Below are positions 38,748 through 50,379 of a DNA stretch of 64,000 nucleotides, piece after piece. The translations under genes and the position numbers were made by a program. The stretch's first letter is position 1. Each line of letters begins with the position of its first letter. The notes beneath the pieces were generated by a model. The model was not told where the DNA came from and did not search any database. It saw only the letters and a list, made by a program, of their open reading frames with translations. Source of the DNA: Zygnema circumcarinatum SAG 698-1b (Eukaryota > Plantae > Zygnematophyceae); the NCBI GenBank assembly GCA_037447605.1, contig CM074806.1:2170001-2234000 (forward strand), written 5' to 3'.

Positions 38748-40435
38748 AAAGTTGAACGATAGCTGAAGCAGCTCAACATTACTGGCACTTTCGCACGTGC
38801 AGGCAGTTGACGCTTAATAATTCGGAGAGCATAGATCATCAACCGATCTGTCAAGTGACGTACATTAGTAGTGTGTAGTTTCAGAAAGCACAATTTTTTA
38901 TTCTCCGTATTTTTCTTGATCAAAGGATTTTTGCTCACTGTGACGGAGACCAGCATATTTCTTGCAATAATAGGGCGTGTGCTGTTGGATCTGCTGATTT
39001 CACAACTTGAAAAAGATGGTTGACCTTGTTTGTCTCCTTTTTGGCCGTCTCTGCTTTCCGTAAACATTAAATAATCATCTTTCAAGACTTTCTCGGAAAA
39101 TAGCACTCGTTCAAAATCTATTGGATGTAGCTTATTCTCCTGTGTTTCTGGGTTTTTAAGGAGGGATGTAGTAATATTGCTACTGTCCTTTATCTGCTTA
39201 ATCTTAGGGTTTTAATTAGGGTGGTATTTTCTCGTTTTCTATCTGGACTGCGGTGACACCAAGCTGAACTAGCCCAATTGCCCTTGCTTGCTATGATAGA
39301 CAGTTTTATTCCGGAATAACTGCCGCTCTCCTGTTGAGTGCAAGTTGTTTAATGTTCGTAATTGTAACTGACTGGCATTCCTTGAAAAGTCAACAGTGAC
39401 AAGTGGTTGTATGCCTTTGCCTTCTTGCAGCGTTTATGGATTTCATTGTCTTCGTTTGTGGCAAGCACCAGTTGTGTTTGCGGGGTTCATAACTGCGACG
39501 AAAATCTTGATTACAATTAGTACAATTACCTGCTTTTACTAAGCGGCAAATTTTGACGTCCATATGGAAAGTTAGAATATACCCTTGGTCGGCAAATCGC
39601 CTACAATACAATACAATTCAATATAATACAATTCAATACGTTCGCCTTGGTATAGGCCCTCTTCAGTTTTGGAAGTTAACGTCAAGTTCGGACCTTGAGA
39701 AAGCGTCTCTCTACCCAACACCTTCAATCGGCACTGGATAATCACTAGGGTTGAACATCGGACACTGGAGATCGAAAATTTTCAATTCGAGAAAGTGAAA
39801 TTATCTGGAGAAAAAGTCCAGTCTCGATATGTTCGGTCATATGTCAAACTTGACAAAATCTTACGAGACGCATTACTGAAAAGAAAGAGTTAGAAGTACT
39901 TAGTTGCAGGGGGACCGCAATGTCCCCAGAGTATTCGTTTTGATATCAAACTTACGAAAGGAATACTGATGAATTTTAAGTCTGACATGTCCTATTGCAT
40001 TGACCTGTTTGCGGTTTTAGAAGCTGGTCTTAATTTTTTTTTTTTGAGAAGCCAAGGTCTTCAATTTCTTTTTTTTCTCAACCACTTTGGGTTTTACGGT
40101 AACAACAAACGAGGAATACAAATGGAGAAACTGTTAAACATTTCCAGCTTTGGAGGAAAGCACTATTATTCAGAATCAAATCATACACAAGGGTATATAG
40201 TTATCTCACTAAACATGAATAAGCAAATCCAATGGTACTTGCGTCGGATACTCCTAACTGTACAGACGGACCTTTTTTCCAAGCTAGTTTTTTTCAACTA
40301 GCAACTCAGCTACCAAAGTTTCCCAGACTCTCACAATCCGACAGGAACGCCTTATCCCGTTCGAAGACACATTTCTAAAGAATCTGAATACACTTACCCA
40401 GTCCAGCAAAAAGTATTCACTCAACTGCTGATAAG

Positions 40436-41554
40436 TTACATAGAGGAGGAGTCAACGGGCAGCCCATCCTCATAGTAGGCCACCTCCTCCAGCCATTCAG
40501 GCGCAGTCTCTCCCCATGACCGCGGTGCCAAGCCCCATATCCGAAAGATTTGCTTCTCCATCCTTGGGAAAAACTCGGACCGGTCGAGCGGCCAATTGCA
40601 TATTCCGCTGACGATGCAATAGTTTGTGTTGTATGGGGGCCTATGGTGCGCCCCATGCATACGCCTGCCAACAAGGAGGCCGACATCTTGCAGTGCCAAT
40701 ACTGGAGGAGGGAGACGGTGCTTGGGGGTGTGGGACCATGCGTGGCACTGCTGGCTCATCACCACACATCCGAGGAAAACGCCAACGAAAGAGTCGAACG
40801 CGGCATTGTTTGGGGTGAATAAGAAGGGCAGCAACACAAAAAAAGCAGGCCGAGTGAGCGCATGAAGATTGTTGGCCATCTGCCGCTTTGTTATGGTCCA
40901 TGGTCGCCGGTGATGGCCCTGAAAGGCGTCAATTTGAGACCCAAAAACGGGAGTCCTTGCATCGCCATAGTTATCAACTCCCCAATGATAAACGCCGGTT
41001 CCAAAGTCAGCAAGAATGTAGGCAGCGACAGCTGCTAAAATGGCTGACCAAGCCGACTCGCCGCCAGCGATGGCAGCCATGGACTTGGCCACCATTCCCA
41101 ACACAGCCAGGGCGCCACATGCGACCCACGCTTTATGCACAGGCGTTGACAGAAGATCAGTATCGTTCAGGCCCATTGCCAATTTCTGTCGGTTCACTTC
41201 TTCCAAGACTCGCTGTGCTTGCCCCATTTCCGAACCTGCGCCATCATCTGCCCTAAATTCTGTTCCAGCCTCCTTACCATGTTCAGCAGCCGTTAAAGTG
41301 TTCGCACCATGCACAGTCTCCACGCCTGCCTCCTCCTCTGTTGTCAAAACTTCCCTTACCGCCACGCGCCGTCTTCCTTCATTACCTCCATTTCTGCCAC
41401 TCCCTCGATAAAATGCTCCTCTCGACCTGAAGCAAAGAGTCGCCTTCCCCACTCTCATTGAAGCTGTTGACGAGCCTCCAGCCTTCGCCACCTGGCAGCT
41501 GGCTGAAGGCCATGGCCGAAGGAACAGCACCCCTGTAGCGGCTTGTAGAGCCAT
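40436..41554 (-). CDS. FAD4: FAD4-like plastid fatty acid desaturase (TMEM189/CarF family); intronless CDS, probable 5'-UTR intron
   Basis: Transit-like N-terminus MALQAATGVLFLRPW. Motifs ADFGTGVYHWGVDNYG, FQGHHRRPWTIT, HAWSH, RMHGAHHRPPYNTNYCIVSG. GT-AG pair at ~41698-41574 upstream of the ATG. Confidence 0.93.
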   Translation of the reverse strand: MALQAATGVLFLRPWPSASCQVAKAGGSSTASMRVGKATLCFRSRGAFYRGSGRNGGNEGRRRVAVREVLTTEEEAGVETVHGANTLTAAEHGKEAGTEFRADDGAGSEMGQAQRVLEEVNRQKLAMGLNDTDLLSTPVHKAWVACGALAVLGMVAKSMAAIAGGESAWSAILAAVAAYILADFGTGVYHWGVDNYGDARTPVFGSQIDAFQGHHRRPWTITKRQMANNLHALTRPAFFVLLPFLFTPNNAAFDSFVGVFLGCVVMSQQCHAWSHTPKHRLPPPVLALQDVGLLVGRRMHGAHHRPPYNTNYCIVSGICNWPLDRSEFFPRMEKQIFRIWGLAPRSWGETAPEWLEEVAYYEDGLPVDSSSM

Positions 41555-42374
41555 AGCGCCCCCTTGCCAAACTCTGACGGAGCCCTTACAGGAAGGTAAG
41601 AGAAAAAAAAAATCACTAATAAGTCCTGACGAAAGCCAGTCCTCCTCTGGTCGAAACTCGAGATATGGCCTCCCTCGCTCCCTCGCTTGCAGCCTGACCT
41701 TCAGCTGCGCGTGCACAACCGAGGAGGTATGGAGGGAGCGAGGGAGGCAGGGAGGGCGGGAGGCCCGCCGCTGCACGGCCGCCCGCTGGCGAGGCGGGCA
41801 GGCAGGCACGTGGCGGGCGGAGAGCCCCACAGTGCCGTGAAACCGAACAGGTTGGGAACAAAACAAATTAAAGATTTTGGCTTCTCAAAAAAGTAAAAAA
41901 AACCAGTTTCTCAAGAAAAACCTTATATTACGTGGGGTCAGACTTAAGTTAACACATGGCCAAATCAATTTCGTAACACTGCCGGGCGTATTTCGCATTG
42001 GCTACGTACGCATTTCGGTACGGCTAGGTTCGGCGGAGCCGCAGATCCCGACCCGAAATTCGTACACGAAAAAAGTGACTTTTCTTATACTGTACTGTAG
42101 TGAATTCGGGAATTTCGTACGCTCCGCGCTAAGCCTGACCCCCCCTATTTGTGAACACGATTTCATTTTGAGAAATGATAAATGTATTCCTAACTAAATG
42201 CAATTTTTATGGAGAACCAATTGAACATTGAACAATTAACTATCAGTCGTGTTCAATTGGAGTTTTCCTTGGGTCTACCGATCAACAATGAGATTTTAGC
42301 GGATCGCAAAGCACGTGGAGCCGGAGGTCCGTACAGAAATTGTTGATCTGTTCGGGGAAAGAGTTCACAGTTCG

Positions 42375-42595
42375 GACCAGTGGATCGGCAACCATTGGAC
42401 AACCATTGGATGGCAATGGTTGGACGTCTACTGGTTGGCAACCAGTCGACTGGTTTGGAACCAGTGGATGCCACTGGTTGGCAACCAGTCGAATGGTTGT
42501 TTCGGTCCGCAACCACTGGTTGGCAACCAGTCGAATGGTTGTTTCGGTCCGCAACCACTGGTTGCCAACCAGTCGACTGGTTTGTCTAATGGTCC
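42375..42595. repeat. AACCA/TGGTT nested-palindrome array (locus 2 of 3) with a 42-bp tandem unit
   Basis: Two perfect copies of ccactggttggcaaccagtcgaatggttgtttcggtccgcaa plus partial copies. Palindromes aaccagtcgactggtt and near-palindromes aaccactggtt and ggttggcaacc. Confidence 0.9.
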
Positions 42596-42921
42596 GATCT
42601 GTGAAAGAGTTGTAAGGAATAAATGGGGTCCGGGCTAACCAGATCCCTCAAATCGACGGAGGATCAATATCCACCACGTGGCATTGTGGTCGGTGCGCCA
42701 CGTCGGATGCACGACCATCGTCGCCGTGAGTTGCGCCGTGACACGCGGCGGCCCCCTAGACGTGGCGGTCGAGGTTCAAACCCTGCGCTTGGCAGACCAT
42801 GCGCGATGCGCCCTCAGCTTGCCGCGGCTCAAGGGAAACAGTGACCACCGCCAAACGACCCGACGCGCTTGTTGTCCGGCCACGGCCGACCGGAGCAAAG
42901 CCGCAGGACTTGGACTTGGCG

Positions 42922-43313
42922 CCATCCCATACTGTACCATCCCATACCATCCCATCCCATCCCATCCCATCCCATCCCATCCCATCCCATCCCATCCCAT
43001 CCCATCCCATCCCATCCCATCCCATCCCATCCCCATCCCATCCCATCCCATCCCATCCCATCCCATCCCATCCCATCCCATCCCATCCCATCCCATCCCA
43101 TCCCATCCCATCCCATCCCATCCCATCCCATCCCATCCCATCCCATCCCATCCCATCCCATCCCATCCCATCCCATCCCATCCCATCCCATCCCATCCCA
43201 TCCCATCCCATCCCATCCCATCCCATCCCATCCCATCCCATCCCATCCCATCCCATCCCATCCCATCCCATCCCATCCCATCCCATCCCATCCCATCCCA
43301 TCCCATCCCATCC
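42922..43313. repeat. (CCATC)n microsatellite, ~75-78 units; (GGGAT)n on the minus strand
   Basis: Near-perfect array with one extra C near 43031 and a degenerate left edge (ccatactgtaccatcccatacc). Confidence 0.98.
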
Positions 43314-43531
43314 GCAGGCATGAGCACCACGGGGAACCACGAGGACAGTCGGCGCCGGGGCGCCAGCGCAGGCGCAGCTCCGACGAGAGCAGTGGGCGGG
43401 GCGAGGGAGGAGCGGAGGGGCCGGAGCCCAGGCGGGAGGGGGCTTTTCCCTCGCTCGCTCGCTCGCTGCCGGGCAGCCCGGGGAGGCGAGGGACAAGGTC
43501 AGGCCCGGCCCGGCCCGGCTCGTCCAGCATA

Positions 43532-46500
43532 ATGCCGCCACGGCCACATACCTGGCGCTCTGCGTGTCCTCTTCCCCTTCTTCTCATTCTTGCAACCCCC
43601 TCACTGTACAGAGCATCCGCTGACGCCGTCCTGCTCCTGGCTGGTGGAGCAACCTCTGCGTCTCATGGCTTTGAAGTGTCGAGCTCCGACAATGCAGCCC
43701 ATGGAGTTGACATACCACCAAAGTATCCCGCAAAGAGCATTAGTTTGAGCGACCGCAGCGCCAACTTGCCTACTTTTAGCACAGAGAGCGAACATGAACG
43801 AGGCATGCCGAGGTCTTTGTTAAATATTCATTACAGAAAGGTTGCAGGTGTCACCAAAACTGGTAATGCTAAAGAAAGTCCTGCCAAGGGGGGCTCAACA
43901 GCACGACCAAAAAAGCGACGTAGCCGGATGCGGAAAAGCATTCACGAGCTAGCGACCATCTGCTGGGATGGGCCTGCTGAGTTCTTTGGTGGACAGGAGC
44001 TCAGCTTGGACCCGGAAACACAGGAGGATATGCTACATCCAATAGATTCTGAACATAATATTCTTATTGCTGGTGAGGGTAAAAACAAAAGTCCCTTTAT
44101 GAGGTTGCATCATTTCTTGGTGATGTTCTCGATATTTCAGGAAACAATTCTGGACATTCAAACTGTTCAGGCTTAGACGACGACCATTCCTAATTGCACT
44201 TGAGCGTCACGTTGTATAGGCGCAGAAAACAACGTCATAAGAGCGTTATACACGAAAACATCTGCATCAAGTGAGCATTGAAATTGAATATCAACTTTGG
44301 GAACCAATCCACATTCACAGTGAGGCATTGACAATTTGTGATGATTACAGAACCCACAAAATTATGTGGCTCATATGGAATTAAGGTGATCGACTTTGGA
44401 ACTACAATGGGGAAATGGAAAATGTAGTGTGGAATACGTTTCTATGCGAATCCGAGGACTGGTAGGTTACAACAGTGAACTAGCTTAAAGTGCAGGCTCA
44501 GTTTTATGACATGCAAATGTAAGCATTATCCCATCATTTTCTTCACACGGTGATATGACGCTCTTCATGGAAATCACTGTCTGGCTATTTAAGCAGGGTT
44601 GCCGGATTTTTTTCTATTTGAGATACAAAGGCGGTTTATGTAAGGAGTAAAGTGTGAGGGAACCAAAGCTGTTTATGTCGTCAGACATTGCATGCTTGTC
44701 CTTTCGCGACTGGGCCAAGGGAGCTCCCTCTTGCTGTACTCTTTCTTACTCTGCTTGTTTCTTGGCTTGTACTGATGTTGGCCAGCCATGGAGACCTTTC
44801 CTGATGGTGCTTCATATGTCCTCGTGTTTGCAAGGCGAGGGATGCGCACGGTGCAGGACAGGGGAGCTGTGCCGCTTTACCCTCTCTTTTGCAAGTGAAT
44901 TATATTTTGACTTTGCCTCACCCTTTGTGGAGCTCATGGTTACACTGAGTGGTATGTGGGCACCCTCTTTTTCACTCCCAGAAGAGATTGAGCGGAACTC
45001 CTTTAGTAGAAATTTGATCAGCTAAGTGGTCTTTGATTCAGCCGTGGTCCTGAGTCGAATAATGTTCCTGTGAAGCCTATCCTCTGTAGAACCAGGAGAA
45101 ACGCACTTTGATCAGTTATGGCGAGGCTTGATAAAGAATGGGAACGTATCCGTCAAAGTTCAGTCTTGAATTTGGCAAAGGCCAAACTCAAGAACTCCCA
45201 CTTTCTGCACGACAATCTGCTTAGGTTGATGCAAATGGCAAAAGAAGCTTTCACGAGTTGAGGTGCAAGGCATAGTTACCCAATGTGATACGCGTGCATC
45301 AATGATGGGCACATCCTTTGAGTAATATCGCCACAATTTTAAATTGAAAAGGTTTATGGAAAACTCCTGTATCCATAAAGACTTGGGAAAACCCGTTTTG
45401 GAAAGGTTTAGTAATGATATGCTACGACATGCTAGATGTATTATTGATACAAACAAATGTCGAATGCTTTGTTTGGAAAATGGACATGTGAATCTGATCT
45501 TCATTTTCAGGGCCTAATCCTAAGTACTTCTGATTAGCTCTGTACTCCGCTGTTTTGTACTTGGACCACATTTTTGGGTGGTCTACTTTCTGACTACTAC
45601 CATATCCGTGCATTCTCCCATCTGATCCAATTAATATTGAAATCTCAGGGCCGACAGTGGTTGCCGCTGAAGTTCATGGTGGCCAGCATACTTCTCTCAA
45701 TTACGTGGTTTCGTACCTTGTGTGGGATAGCGGCATCTACAAAGTTACAGTAGAAGGAAACTGCCCGTGAGTACAGCGTCTTTGTGGTGTTTGACTTGTA
45801 ATTCTTCAGATAAACGGAGACGTGAGTGCGCAAATATGTGTTATCATCAGCTCAATCAGTCTTATCCCACTGTCCCTAAGCATGGAATGGGTTCGTTTCA
45901 TGGTTAGGCGTATAGTTCAGCACTGCCTATTCCAGCTGCGCAGAGGTTGGTGACGCTCTCATTCTTGTTGATTATGTCACTATATGCGTCAATGAGTTGT
46001 TTGCAATATAAAAAAATCTCAATTTGACTCGTCGCCCGTTGAATCCGCCTGAACAATTGCAGCGCAGGTTAATAGCCAGCGCTAGTCATTTGCAGCCAGT
46101 TCTGAAGTCATTTGGCTCTGTACCTCTTATCTTGAAACATTAACAACTACCTTTACGCTGAACTTTCGAGCCCTCGTGACTGCCCGTTCTGCTCAAGGAT
46201 CTTGGTTTCGTGCCTTTCATCCTCAATATGGTCGCAGACACCAACCTTGTACCGCAGTAGAGTTTCCCTATTCATCGTATTTCACATGGCTGTCGGATCC
46301 CTGCTTACAACAGATTCTTACTTAACTTGCAGATCCGAGGCATTCAAGGGTTCGGTGCTTTCAAGTTTTCATCTCCGTGTGTACGATTCCCCTGAAGGCA
46401 TTTCACCCGGCACGCTGCCCAGCTACCCGGCGGAGACCCCGTGTGAAACTGGCCAGTATGCACGTTGGGTCCTCGAAGGTGATGAGGGATACGAGCGTCA

Positions 46501-48051
46501 GATTTACCGTCCTTATCCATGCGCTTCGGGACTTACCCCAGTGTTAACTTTCCCTTTAGAAATGGTTGAGAAGAAAATCTACGAGATTTCTTTGATTGGA
46601 GACGAGCATCAAAGAAACTTTCTGTTCCACTTGCAGTACCTGCTAACAGGTGATGACAGCGTTCCAACATTTGTTCAAGCATGAGCTGGCAGACAACGAA
46701 AGAGACAGAACTCTCATTTTCGTTTTCCAATTTCACGGTGGGTGTTATGCAGGTAGCTAGTACTTATTGCCATCGCGTTCCTTTAAGGAGGTCATGTTGG
46801 GGTTTGGATTGGTGAGTTCTGGCAGGTCATGTCACAGGGGGTCTTTCAGAGGATATTGTTTGGAACTATAAAGAACATTCAACAGGGAGGAACCTGCGCA
46901 TCAACTTCTACTGGCTGGACGGGATGTTTGAGGTGAGTTACGGTAAAAAAGTTCCCTTTCTAGTTCATTTATTCGCATAGGATCTGACTAGATACTGGAA
47001 AAACCGTGGATCGCTGTTCTCCGTTGTTTTCTCTCTATGTGACAGCTGCATCATACCATTCTGTCTTACTTCAGGTTTCATGAAATCGTGACACAATTGA
47101 ATTGCTTCATTGCCCAGGATGGCTATTTCGAATGTTTTGATCGAGGCAGAATATCACGTCGCACAAAAGTCTACCCTCAGTACTCGCCCACTTCGGACGT
47201 TGTCATTGTAAACGACGGCATGTGGACTTTCACGGTAGCAATTCAATCACGTCTTTCGTTGCTCTTTCTGGATCATGACTTCGCTGTCAGCTCTTGACTG
47301 TTTTTCGAAGGTGGAGGCCCGAATTTGTCAGAATGTATGTGTTTAAAGGACTTTGAACAGAAGAGGGATAGGTATGGTCTGCAGTAGTTCTCATCTGCCA
47401 TCACTGGACGTGGCTAGTATCTTATCTGGCGTCTACCTCTCTCGTCCTTCTGTGCTCTTTGCAGAAATGTAAAAGGCCAGAACAGGCGTACCCACACTAC
47501 CTCCCCAAACTGCTGGATGCCATGATGGAGGCGCCACATAAAAGCAGGACAAAATTTGTCTGGCGAAGCACACCACCATATCCTGTCCCCTCAACCGAGT
47601 GCGATGGCCCAAGGAATTCTGGATTAGTGTGGGCCAATGGGATCGCGAGGTGAGTTGCTCGCTGGAAGGAAGCGGTGCTCTTCTTGGCATTGAAATTGCA
47701 GTTCTAAACATGAGACATGAATGACCATATGCTCAAAGCCCCCCCTCCTCGCCCCCCCCCAATTGTATTTTATTTTTATTTTTGAAAACGTCACTCGTGT
47801 ACGGTGGCAGGAGGCTTGTGGAGGAATTGGGATGGCAATATATGGACTTGTGGCCAGTGGAGGCGGTTGCTTTTGACGACACATGCGAAAATCAAGATGA
47901 TGCGGAAGGACTGGGGCAGTGGGTCAAAGGGTTCACCTTCTCCTGTTTGTATCACAACTACTCGAAAGCATACGGCGCCATAGGGGAAGCTGTAGTGCGA
48001 ACAGTTGTTCATCTTTTGGTCAATCTCGAGTTGGATCCCGCTGAGGATTAG
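43532..48051 (+). CDS. Secreted or membrane-anchored SGNH/PC-esterase (TBL/NXPE-like) fold protein, multi-exon; exons at 44.1-45.6 kb uncertain
   Basis: N-terminal hydrophobic signal (PLPLLLILATPSLYRASA). Spliced peptides YVVSYLVWDSGIYKVTVEGNCP|SEAFKGS, ISLIGDEHQRNFLFHL, DVVIVNDGMW, KFVWRSTPPY, GWQYMDLW and KGFTFSC. Stop TAG at 48049-48051. Confidence 0.6.
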
Positions 48052-48872
48052 CGAGGGCTGCAGTGTTCTATCAGATTACGCCCCTAAACCATGTCATGTA
48101 TGTTATAGTGCAGCAATTGCCCATTATTGACCGCCGGCTAAAACTAAGTCCAGTTCAGCTGTTTGTCCATGGAGATAGAGGTTAAGGATCAAGAGTTACA
48201 GGGCGATGGCTGTTCCTAATGAGAACGGAATTGGATAGAAAACAGGTCAGGCCTGTGACTGATCTGATCCAAACGGGGAAATGGGTAGCCCGTCAGGAGG
48301 TAAAGACTGCCCTAGCATTTCGAATGAGCGTTGAACAAACAAGGCCAAGCCGTATGCAAGCCCTAAGAGCATCCAGAATCTAGGTCAGAGGCAGAAAATC
48401 AGAGAGAGTAGGAGAAAAGCCCAGAGCGGAGGCAATGGGGGAATCTCAACCCACGTTTTGCAAGTTATTCAATTGGAGACGAACAGTAAGCTCGTGTGAA
48501 TGTTTTTATAGTTGCAATGATGATTACCCATTTTTGTCCTACAAGATTCTTGCTTTACAAAGCGAATACATGACCAGATATATTTATAGAGATTTTTGTA
48601 AGCCTGGGTGGCAAGTTATGCCAAAGCAACACTTAAAAAAACAAAATCCAATAGGCCTAGAACTACAATAGACTTACGATAGCTTACTGAACAACCTGAT
48701 ATGTACTATGCAAAGAAAACCAACCAGTCGAACAAAGAAAGCAACAAAAGCGAGGGTGGAAAGTGGGCGAGGAGACGACAGCTATTTCCCGAGAAAGTCT
48801 TCAGCGACGATAATTTAATGTTTACAAATAGCAGAGACGGTCAAAAAGGCCTTTTGTACACTAACTGGTAAC

Positions 48873-49824
48873 CTAAAACTGCTCTTGAGAAAGAAGCACA
48901 AGAAGGCCTTGCTGGCCCAATAAAATCTCGTTTAAAAAGCTCATGAACGCCACCCAGATAACAGGAGCTACATCTACTCCTCCCACTGGCGGGATGAGGC
49001 GACGAGTAATACCAAGGACTGGTTCAGTTGGCGTGTAAACTATCGAGAGGGGAAACTTGCTCACTGGCAGCTGCATGCAGCCAAAAATCCAAGCCCGCTG
49101 TCAGAGAGACCGACGCATACCTGCCGCGCCGGAGAGCAGCTATGGCTCAAGCTGTATTGCTGTACTGCAGGACGGGCTGGCTCAAAAGGGTTTCCTATCT
49201 TCAAGTGTAAGTACATTACAATCCGACCAACAGTAGACATACCTGTGGATACCACGACATCACAATACGAATGATGAACAAGAAGTTGAATCCTGAAATG
49301 AGCGGCCTGAGCAAAAAAATCAGCACTTCTGCAGTGCCTGCATCGAGTTCAGCCAACTCGAAAATGGGAACCCCTCCTGTTGCAGGACCTACTAAACTGC
49401 TGGCAGCGACTTCCTCGGGTACAAGAAAGGCTAATCCTAATATCATGCATGCTGTCAAACATGAAGAAAAATACTCGGCTCCTACTCCTGAAATGAAGCT
49501 TCTCTCGCAGCCAGCAGCTGAATCAGCATCTACGTCTACGTCTTCTGAACTCTCCGCAGCTAGCCCAAATTCAGCTTTCAGGTCGGAATTTTTTCCATGA
49601 AAGAGATGTGGTAAGTCATTCTCTGGCTTAAATGTGGACGACTGGACTGGCCGAGAGCTTCCTCCTCTACTGCGTGAGCTTTCTATCTTTGTGCCAAAGC
49701 AGCGCGAGACAAGAAAATTTCTTCTTCCAACAGGTTGACGCAGGCGGGAAAAAATCCTGCAGCTGCAAAGGGCTGGAGACGGTAGCGTGCAGGAGGCCAT
49801 GGCGGCTGGAAGACAGGGCGCCAT
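48873..49824 (-). CDS. CCB3: CCB3, cytochrome b6f heme ci assembly factor (YGGT family); 2 exons (49824-49243, 49070-48873)
   Basis: FLFIIRIVMSWYPQ|LPVSKFPLSIVYTPTEPVLGITRRLIPPVGGVDVAPVIW...LLGQQGLLVLLSQ, with a long transit-like N-terminus. Confidence 0.9.
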
Positions 49825-50379
49825 GGCGTCACTCCCCTTTTCTCCGCCTCCCGGGCTACAGCGACAGTCTTGCCGTGGATTCACCATTCGGATCCACTTT
49901 TGAACGCGCACATTCGATTCGGCCCAAAAGGTGTGATCCGTGCTTGCAGCTGTTGATCGGCGGGCGCTCGAGGGTCAACCTTTCACATGTGTTCAACGCA
50001 ACGCGACCCCTTTTGGTAGCTTACGTGGCAATATTCCATTGGCTTAATGATATTTTTCAAAAAAAAAAAACTCAGGGTCTATTTTATACACCTTTTTGAA
50101 TAGGTACACACTCTTTTCCCGCCTGTCAGATGTTTTTCTGCTTCCAGGCCAGGATAAAGCCCCTTGTGAGATTTTGGGATTTTTTTAAGGTGTGAATCTA
50201 TCCAAAAAAGTTGTGTAAATTGTAAATTCCATTTTCAATTTACTCCTGCGACGGGGCGATGATCTGAAGTTGGCGGTTGCAAACTTGAGATCTTGGCGCC
50301 GCTCTGGAGACAGAAACCACGAGCGGCCGACTCCGCGGCGGCGCTTGGGCAAGAATGGGAGCAGCGGGAGGGGGGGGGG

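Noticed and set aside
41555-41866. 104-aa N-terminal extension of FAD4
   Set aside because: The start is a non-ATG call. The region contains a GT-AG intron with a polypyrimidine tract and is better read as 5' UTR.
42375-42595. CRISPR array
   Set aside because: The 42-bp units are directly tandem with no unique spacers, there are no cas genes, and the context is eukaryotic.
42678-43587. Long ORFs with SHPIP/GMGWD repeats
   Set aside because: Artefacts of a stop-free pentanucleotide microsatellite.
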